A DNA stretch of 64,000 nt, taken from positions 896,001 through 960,000 of the forward strand of contig OY969926.1 of NCBI GenBank assembly GCA_963704645.1, written 5' to 3'. The translations under genes were made by a program, and so were the position numbers. Within the stretch, counting starts at the first letter, position 1, and the number at the start of each line of letters is the position of its first letter. Below are positions 58,206-64,000 of this stretch, in pieces. The notes beneath the pieces are model-generated. The model had not been told where the DNA came from, made no database searches, and saw only the letters and a program-made list of their open reading frames with translations. Source of the DNA: an uncultured bacterium. Lineage in GTDB: Bacteria > Patescibacteriota > JACMRA01.

Positions 58206-58273
58206 ATATAGCTTTACTATATTAACCAACTAAGTTAATACAAGTAAAACTAATATTTTAATAAATGTAAATC

Positions 58274-58639
58274 TTATTTAGTTTTATTGGCTAAATTTTG
58301 AAATAATTTTCTTACTGATGGTAAGACTTCGTTTTCTATCTCTGTCAACCCTAATTGTAATAATTTTGGACTTTTTACTTGTAAAATGCAGCTTAAATTA
58401 TTGGGTAACCTATCCTGAAAATTTAACTTTGAAAAAATGCTGTGTACTTTTCTTCGTAGTCTGTTTCTTTTGTTTGCTCTTCTTAAAACCTTCTTAGAAA
58501 TAACTACTAATAATTTAAAATCGTGACTTGCACTTGGACTTAAATATGTTTGAAATAAACTATTTTTATCTCTAAATTTAGTGCGGTAAACAGACTTAAT
58601 TTCTTTTTCTTGAATAATTCTGTTGGTTTTAGGAAGCAC
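58274..58639 (-). CDS. rnpA: RNase P protein component
   Basis: LPK.NRI, VISKKV..RA.KRNRLRR; follows rpmH. Confidence 0.9.
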   Translation of the reverse strand: MLPKTNRIIQEKEIKSVYRTKFRDKNSLFQTYLSPSASHDFKLLVVISKKVLRRANKRNRLRRKVHSIFSKLNFQDRLPNNLSCILQVKSPKLLQLGLTEIENEVLPSVRKLFQNLANKTK

Positions 58640-58666
58640 TGCAAAGTAAATTTAACTTGGAATTAT

Positions 58667-58810
58667 TTATTTAACAGAAGCTTGGAAAGCTAATCTCCAT
58701 CTTCCTTTTGCCCTTCTACTTTTTAGAATATGGGGGGCGTTTTTTAATCTGGCACGGAATCCAGCTTTTCTTGCTCTTTGCCTCTTTTTTGGCTGATAGG
58801 TAACAGACAT
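58667..58810 (-). CDS. rpmH: 50S ribosomal protein L34 (not in the ORF track)
   Basis: MSVTYQPKKRQRARKAGFRARLKNAPHILKSRRAKGRWRLAFQASVK. Confidence 0.93.
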   Translation of the reverse strand: MSVTYQPKKRQRARKAGFRARLKNAPHILKSRRAKGRWRLAFQASVK

Positions 58811-58923
58811 CTTTAAACACTGTTAAAAAGAGTTGTTTTAATGTCAAGCAAAATGCGTAAGATTGGGATAACCTGCTGTTGAGACATGATAATCGACCAC
58901 TCGCTATCAAGAGCTTAAGATGA

Positions 58924-58952
58924 CTGTTGCCCTGAACTTGTTTCAGGGTCTA
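58924..58952. repeat. TGTCA-type palindrome
   Basis: ctgttgccctgaacttgtttcagggtcta. Confidence 0.8.
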
Positions 58953-59163
58953 AGCTGCTGAGCCACTCAAATTCGAGTATATTTACCCTATTTAAAAAGA
59001 AAACAACGAACATTGAGAGTATAAAAATACTACACCTCAACACTCCACAATATAAATTTTACCAAACCCAAGCGCTTCCTGCAAGTCCCTTGCAATTTAC
59101 AAAATTATATGCTTAGTTTAGCAGGATTGGAGTAAATTTATCAAATTACTGGAGATTAAAGTT

Positions 59164-59430
59164 ATGAGTTTAGCAGTTATTAACATTGCACCAATTCTGA
59201 ATCTACTGCCTCCTTGGGGGTGGATGATAATTGTAGCTGTAATTGGCTTCATTCTAATCTTTATCATTAAGATTAAATCCAATAGTGGAAAGCCTTTTGT
59301 CTTAGCGCTGGGCTTATCTGCTTGTGTTATTGCGCTAGTATTTAGCCACGACATCGATCCACTGCTTTGGCTAACTGGATTAGATGTGATTTTAGCAATA
59401 ATTCTCTTTCTCACACCCTACTCTGATTAA
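59164..59430 (+). CDS. Small 3-TM protein, paralog of 59698..59928
   Basis: LPP...DP.L.L...D.IL; duplicated flanks. Confidence 0.75.
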   Translation: MSLAVINIAPILNLLPPWGWMIIVAVIGFILIFIIKIKSNSGKPFVLALGLSACVIALVFSHDIDPLLWLTGLDVILAIILFLTPYSD

Positions 59431-59697
59431 AGTTGAGTGAAGTGAAAAATATACGCCCTGCTAAGCTCGGCGTATTTATATTTTCCAAAGAATTTAAGAA
59501 TGGAGAGCTGTCTTATTTCAATAATTTATTCGGTATATCTATTTTGATATTGGTGGTATTGTTTTTTACGGATATTATTCCGTTTGTATTAATTTAGTAA
59601 CACGAAGCTGAGACAAAATAATTCTTGTAATTTACAAAATTGTATGCTTAGACTGAGAAGGTATAAGTAAATATATCAAATTTTGGAGATGAAATTT

Positions 59698-59928
59698 ATG
59701 TTGAGATTACCACCAATAGTCTTGTTTGTCATATTGGTTGCAGTTGCAGTACTTTGCATTATTGCAATTCACAGAGGAATCAAAAAGATGTCCTCAACAC
59801 ATTTTATTGTGTTCGCAATAATTGCGATGGCGGGACTAGCACTAAAACTAGCAGGATTCGACCCAGTGATTCTTCTGGGGTTGATGGATGCAGTGCTTAT
59901 ACTTCTGGTTGCTTTTATCTATAAATAA
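59698..59928 (+). CDS. Small 3-TM protein, paralog of 59164..59430
   Basis: LPP...DPVILLGLMDAVL; GGAG SD in the duplicated leader. Confidence 0.75.
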   Translation: MLRLPPIVLFVILVAVAVLCIIAIHRGIKKMSSTHFIVFAIIAMAGLALKLAGFDPVILLGLMDAVLILLVAFIYK

Positions 59929-60061
59929 AATCCTTAAAATACGCCTGGTTATGCTTGGCGTATTTATATTTTCCAAAAAATTTAGGAATGTAGGGGTGTC
60001 TTTCTCAAAAAAAATTCTTAATGACGATTGTAAAATTGGTTGTTTAAACTCAAAACGTGGA

Positions 60062-60127
60062 TGGCGAGACAGGCTCGCCGCTACATTATTTTTTAAACGA
60101 TAATGGAGACACGGAGGTCTCCGCTAC
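60062..60127 (-). repeat. Two GTAG-type REP-like palindromes
   Basis: tggcgagacaggctcgccgctac; tggagacacggaggtctccgctac. Confidence 0.75.
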
Positions 60128-60147
60128 GAATTTGTTGAGATGTAGCC

Positions 60148-61887
60148 TTATTTCAATACCCAAATTGAATATCTTCCGCTTACTTGCTCTATTAAATTGT
60201 ATTTTTGGGGAAGGTAGACTAGCAGCTTTTTAGATAAACCTGATTGTGAATCTGTTAGAATTAACTTTGTCTTCTTTTCCACTAATAATTTGTACAAACC
60301 TTCTTCGTTCAAATCTATTAGCGGGTGGTAATCTACAACGTACTTATAGGCATTTAGTCTGTCTGAAACTGGGTAAATTTCTGGCATTGTTGAGGCTATA
60401 AAAATATTGTCGTTTGAATTAGTATATTTTTGAACAATTGGAACTAAAAGCCTAGTTTTATCTACGGTGTTGGCATCAAAACTGCGTTGCCAACTGGCTA
60501 AGCTTTGGTTGCCAGTAATAACTGTATTAAAACCATTTTTGCCCCAATATTGATCTATATTAAAGTAATTTAAAACTCCACTTCCCCCAGTAAAATTTGT
60601 TAAAAGGATTTGGTAAAAAACTAAACTAGCAACAATTGCTGTAAATTTCGAGCTTAAATTAAGGTTTTTCAAAGACCATAAGCTAACAAGCCAAGCCACC
60701 AAAATAGCTGAAATTGGTAATATTTGCTGAAGATAATGAGGATAATTTCGTTCTGCTATTAAGACACTAAAGGTAGCTACACAAAGCCAGTTAATAATTA
60801 TAAATCCATTTTGACCCAAATTAGACTGATTAATATTTTCAGATAGTTTATTATATTCTTTATTAGATTTCAGATCAACTCTTTGAAAAAGCGAGACTGT
60901 GGTTAAAGCTAATACTGAAATTAACAACAAAGCCCTGAAATACAAAGATTTTATAGGTAAAGTAAAACCAAACAATACTGGGTTAGAATTTTCTGGTAAA
61001 TAATACTGGTTGTTATATTGCCAAACTGCAAACCAAAGTTCGGAAAAATAGCCATTTATATAGTATACAAAGGCAATAACAATTGGCAAAAATGCAATTG
61101 AAATTACAAGCAATAAAGCCGAAAACCATACACGCTTTATTTTCAAAAATTCAACAATGCGTTCGTACCAATTAAGACTTGGCCATTCTCTTCTAAATTT
61201 ATATAATAAAACCAAGTAAATTAAAGCAATTAACCAACCAATTTCAGCCAAAGCGGGAATTTTAGTTAAAATAGCAAGACTCCAAACAAAACCGCCAAGA
61301 ATTATTAAACGAAATTCCTTAAGCAATATTAGAAAATTATTCCACTTAGTATTCCCAATTTCTTCCAGCATTTCTTGAGCTGATATTCCAAAAAAGTTAA
61401 AATCAAAATTCAAAGCTAGTAAATTTTTAGCAACCAAATAAAAACCGAGTAGAACTAGCGGAACAAACAAGTTCTCGGCGTTAAATATTGTTACTTCAAA
61501 ATAAATAGATTGCAGAAAAATGCTAACGAAAAATGCCGAAACCGAAGCCTTTTTAGAAAAATTAAATATTTCCAAGCAAATTTTATACACCAAATAGCAA
61601 ACCAAAAACCCTAATAAAAAGTTAAAAACCCGCAGTGGCCACAGTTCTATTCCAAATAGCCAAACCGAAAAAGCGTAAACATAATACAAAATTGGCGGTT
61701 TATTATCCCAGGCTCCAACGTAAAGCCACTGGCCACCTTTCACCATGCTTTGGGCAACTGCTAAATAATAGTTTTCATCTCCGTACCAAAAAGTTTCGAA
61801 AAAGGAAGGTAGTCTAAAAAACAAAAGTGTAAAAAAACCAACAATTAAGAGTTTAGATTGCCTAGTAAAGTTCTTAAAAAAGTTCAT
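60148..61887 (-). CDS. GT-C fold (ArnT/PMT-like) membrane glycosyltransferase
   Basis: DE..Y..A, LY...WDNKPP, NAE, K, YPHY; many TMs. Confidence 0.85.
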   Translation of the reverse strand: MNFFKNFTRQSKLLIVGFFTLLFFRLPSFFETFWYGDENYYLAVAQSMVKGGQWLYVGAWDNKPPILYYVYAFSVWLFGIELWPLRVFNFLLGFLVCYLVYKICLEIFNFSKKASVSAFFVSIFLQSIYFEVTIFNAENLFVPLVLLGFYLVAKNLLALNFDFNFFGISAQEMLEEIGNTKWNNFLILLKEFRLIILGGFVWSLAILTKIPALAEIGWLIALIYLVLLYKFRREWPSLNWYERIVEFLKIKRVWFSALLLVISIAFLPIVIAFVYYINGYFSELWFAVWQYNNQYYLPENSNPVLFGFTLPIKSLYFRALLLISVLALTTVSLFQRVDLKSNKEYNKLSENINQSNLGQNGFIIINWLCVATFSVLIAERNYPHYLQQILPISAILVAWLVSLWSLKNLNLSSKFTAIVASLVFYQILLTNFTGGSGVLNYFNIDQYWGKNGFNTVITGNQSLASWQRSFDANTVDKTRLLVPIVQKYTNSNDNIFIASTMPEIYPVSDRLNAYKYVVDYHPLIDLNEEGLYKLLVEKKTKLILTDSQSGLSKKLLVYLPQKYNLIEQVSGRYSIWVLK

Positions 61888-62050
61888 AACTGCAGTGTTT
61901 AAACAAATCCTCTTTCCGTCAATTACTAGTTATACTTTAGGGTGATCAAGACTTGCGATTTTTCACTCCAATTTCACCAAAAAAATGCCACCCTATTGGA
62001 TGGACTTTTGGAGAATTTAATAACTTTTGGATAATTTTATAAATACAATG

Positions 62051-62302
62051 TTACCGTGGATGTTTTCTTCTTTCAGGCCTTGTAAAGGCTTGATTGTAAT
62101 TCGGTTGCTCGGCTGGCTGCTCCTCTTGATGTCTATAATTATACATTTCCCCTGTTTGTGCATGATATACTAAACCGCATATTCTACATTGTAAAGTTCC
62201 ATGAGCTTCAGAATTTACACATGAATCGCATTGATTTGAAATAGGATTTTTGTTACAACAATTCGCCGGATTAATTTCTAAAATAGATTCGTTAATTTGC
62301 AT
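62051..62302 (-). CDS. Small Cys-rich hypothetical protein
   Basis: CC..C..C...C..C; GAGG SD, own promoter and terminator. Confidence 0.55.
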   Translation of the reverse strand: MQINESILEINPANCCNKNPISNQCDSCVNSEAHGTLQCRICGLVYHAQTGEMYNYRHQEEQPAEQPNYNQAFTRPERRKHPR

Positions 62303-62431
62303 ATAGAAACCTCTTAAAATTAAAATATGTAATTTGCAATTACGCTTTATAAAACTAGTTTATTTTTCAGGCTCGTCAAATATTATACCTATTTTTGACA
62401 AAACATTCCTAATTTCAGAAGACTTGTTGTT

Positions 62432-63160
62432 ATGAACAAGTACGTGTTAGGCATTGTAATTCCTACATACAAAGAAAGTGAGAATATCTCTGATTTGCTT
62501 AATAAAATTGCTGAAGAAGTAAAAAAAGAACAAATTTCAACCTTGGTTTTGGTTATGGACGATAATTCTCCTGACGGAACTGCAGATTTAGCAAAAGAAA
62601 GAGCCGCCAATCTTAATTCTGAAGGCTTTACTATCGAAGTAAAAGTAAGACCTGGCAAAATGGGTTTGGGTTCTGCCTACATTCAAGGGTTTGAGCATAT
62701 TATGGACAGGGTGGATTTTTTGCAGGAAATGGACGCAGATTTTTCGCATAACCCTAAATATTTAAAAGATTTAGTTCATCAAGCTAAGTCTGGTTATGAC
62801 TACGTTATTGGTTCACGCAACATTAAAGGTGGAAGTGTAGTTGGCTGGGGACCTGTTAGAAACATGGTTAGCAAATTTGGGTCATTGTATTCTAAGCTTA
62901 TTTTAGGAGTGAACATTAACGATTTTACTGGCGGTTTTAATTTATACAAAGCAGAAGTGTTTCAAAAGCTAGATTTAAAAAGTATTAAAGCAGAAGGTTA
63001 TTTATTCCAAATTGAAATGAAGTACAGAGCGGCTAAACTTGGCTTTAAATTTACCGAAATTCCAATTATTTTTACAGACAGGGAAAAAGGCAAAAGCAAA
63101 TTCAACAAAAAAATTGTTTTAGAAGCCTTGCTTGGTGTAATTAGATTAAGACTAAGCTAA
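62432..63160 (+). CDS. Polyprenol monophosphomannose synthase (GT2, DPM1-like)
   Basis: IPTYKE.ENI, DDNSPDGT, GLGSAY, MDADFSH.P, IGSR, FQIE, F.DR..G.SK. Confidence 0.93.
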   Translation: MNKYVLGIVIPTYKESENISDLLNKIAEEVKKEQISTLVLVMDDNSPDGTADLAKERAANLNSEGFTIEVKVRPGKMGLGSAYIQGFEHIMDRVDFLQEMDADFSHNPKYLKDLVHQAKSGYDYVIGSRNIKGGSVVGWGPVRNMVSKFGSLYSKLILGVNINDFTGGFNLYKAEVFQKLDLKSIKAEGYLFQIEMKYRAAKLGFKFTEIPIIFTDREKGKSKFNKKIVLEALLGVIRLRLS

Positions 63161-63161
63161 T

Positions 63162-63632
63162 ATGCTTTCCACCGAGATTTACCGATTGTTTATTTTTACA
63201 GTTTTAGCAGGAGTTAGAACACTTTTAGAACTAATTTTGTGGAAAGGTCTGGTTTTAGGATTAGAAAAATCTGAAAAAATTCAAGGCTGGCTTAAAATTA
63301 TTAAGCTTAATATTTACGCATTTTCCCATTGTATTTCTTTTATTGCCTCGGTTTTAGCTAGTTATTATTTAAATAGATACGTAACTTTTTCAGATACCAA
63401 CCAGCTAACTAATCCACAGGTAGTTTCTAAATTTATTGCTGTAAGTTTAGTCACTTTAATTCTCTCTGTTTGGCTTATTAACTTCCTTACTTCAAATAAA
63501 CGAATTTTAAATGAAGTGAAAAAGTACAAATTAGTAAACAAACATTGGCCGCTACTGGCTAAAATTGGAACAATTGGCGTAACCATGCTTATTAATTACT
63601 TCGGTTACAGGTGGTTTGTATTTCTAGTTTAA
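63162..63632 (+). CDS. GtrA-family flippase-like protein
   Basis: SY.LNR..TF, AK, NYFGYRWFVF; next to the GT2 gene. Confidence 0.82.
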   Translation: MLSTEIYRLFIFTVLAGVRTLLELILWKGLVLGLEKSEKIQGWLKIIKLNIYAFSHCISFIASVLASYYLNRYVTFSDTNQLTNPQVVSKFIAVSLVTLILSVWLINFLTSNKRILNEVKKYKLVNKHWPLLAKIGTIGVTMLINYFGYRWFVFLV

Positions 63633-63724
63633 ATTACCACTTCTCCTTTTAATAATGCTATTTGTCCAACATTTGGATTAAGAAATTTGTTTACAATTGA
63701 AGTTGTTTTAGGCTTGTTTCAATA

Positions 63725-64000
63725 ATGAACTGCATTCTTATTAAAAACGTTAGTAAAAATTACAGATACCCATTAAAAAGTTTTGGTGCTAAAGGTACAG
63801 TCAAACAAGTTAAAGCCTTGATAAACTTTAATTTAGAAATTAAAACGCCAAAAATTGTTGGCATTGTGGGCAAGAAAAATTGCGGGAAAACTACATTGTT
63901 TAAAATATGTACAGGCTCAACAAATGCCAGTTCAGGTGAAGTTAAAATACTTGGATATAAACCCAATGCAAAAGATGCTGAATTTTTACACGAAATTGGT
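63725..64000 (+). CDS. ABC transporter ATP-binding protein (runs off window)
   Basis: NVSKNY...VGIVGKKNCGKTTL.K...SSGEV.ILG. Confidence 0.8.
   Translation, partial: MNCILIKNVSKNYRYPLKSFGAKGTVKQVKALINFNLEIKTPKIVGIVGKKNCGKTTLFKICTGSTNASSGEVKILGYKPNAKDAEFLHEIG

Noticed and set aside
58716-58910. 64-aa ORF in the track
   Set aside because: Overlaps the real rpmH (58667-58810) in another frame
58811-59100. oriC next to rpmH
   Set aside because: No dnaA and no cluster of TTATCCACA-like boxes seen
1-64000. Alternative genetic code (TGA recoded) explaining split or truncated genes
   Set aside because: Long core genes are intact under code 11, and the priA and idi breaks involve TAA

Overview
A very AT-rich bacterial chromosome segment read with the standard code. 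It looks like a Patescibacteria/CPR-type genome, which is an inference from the divergent core genes without Shine-Dalgarno sites, the many ORFans and the N-terminally extended RNase J. Core genes are gmk (partial), a split priA, murB, dnaG, mscS, an AI-2E permease, pcrA/uvrD, atl, glyA, dgkA, der, a lepA lacking its G-domain, rnj, tRNA-Phe, rnpA, rpmH and glycosyltransferase/GtrA genes. Interleaved with them are four kinds of accessory sequence. (i) Defence/TA clusters: RloA/RloB-like, MazG + DUF2075 nuclease-helicase + RadC, Doc/Fic, two HTH-Panacea fusions, HEPN proteins and two PIN TA pairs. (ii) Two dispersed palindromic repeat families. (iii) Many self-contained single-gene ORFan cassettes (promoter, SD, small ORF, hairpin terminator), some in arrays of paralogous small membrane proteins. 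(iv) Most striking, two extra synonymously diverged copies of the last 10 codons of priA, which separate stacked accessory units downstream of priA; similar junction scars appear at other gene ends. This suggests repeated accessory-gene turnover anchored on core-gene 3' ends, with no integrase, transposase or CRISPR array in the window. No searches were run; family calls come from recognised motifs.
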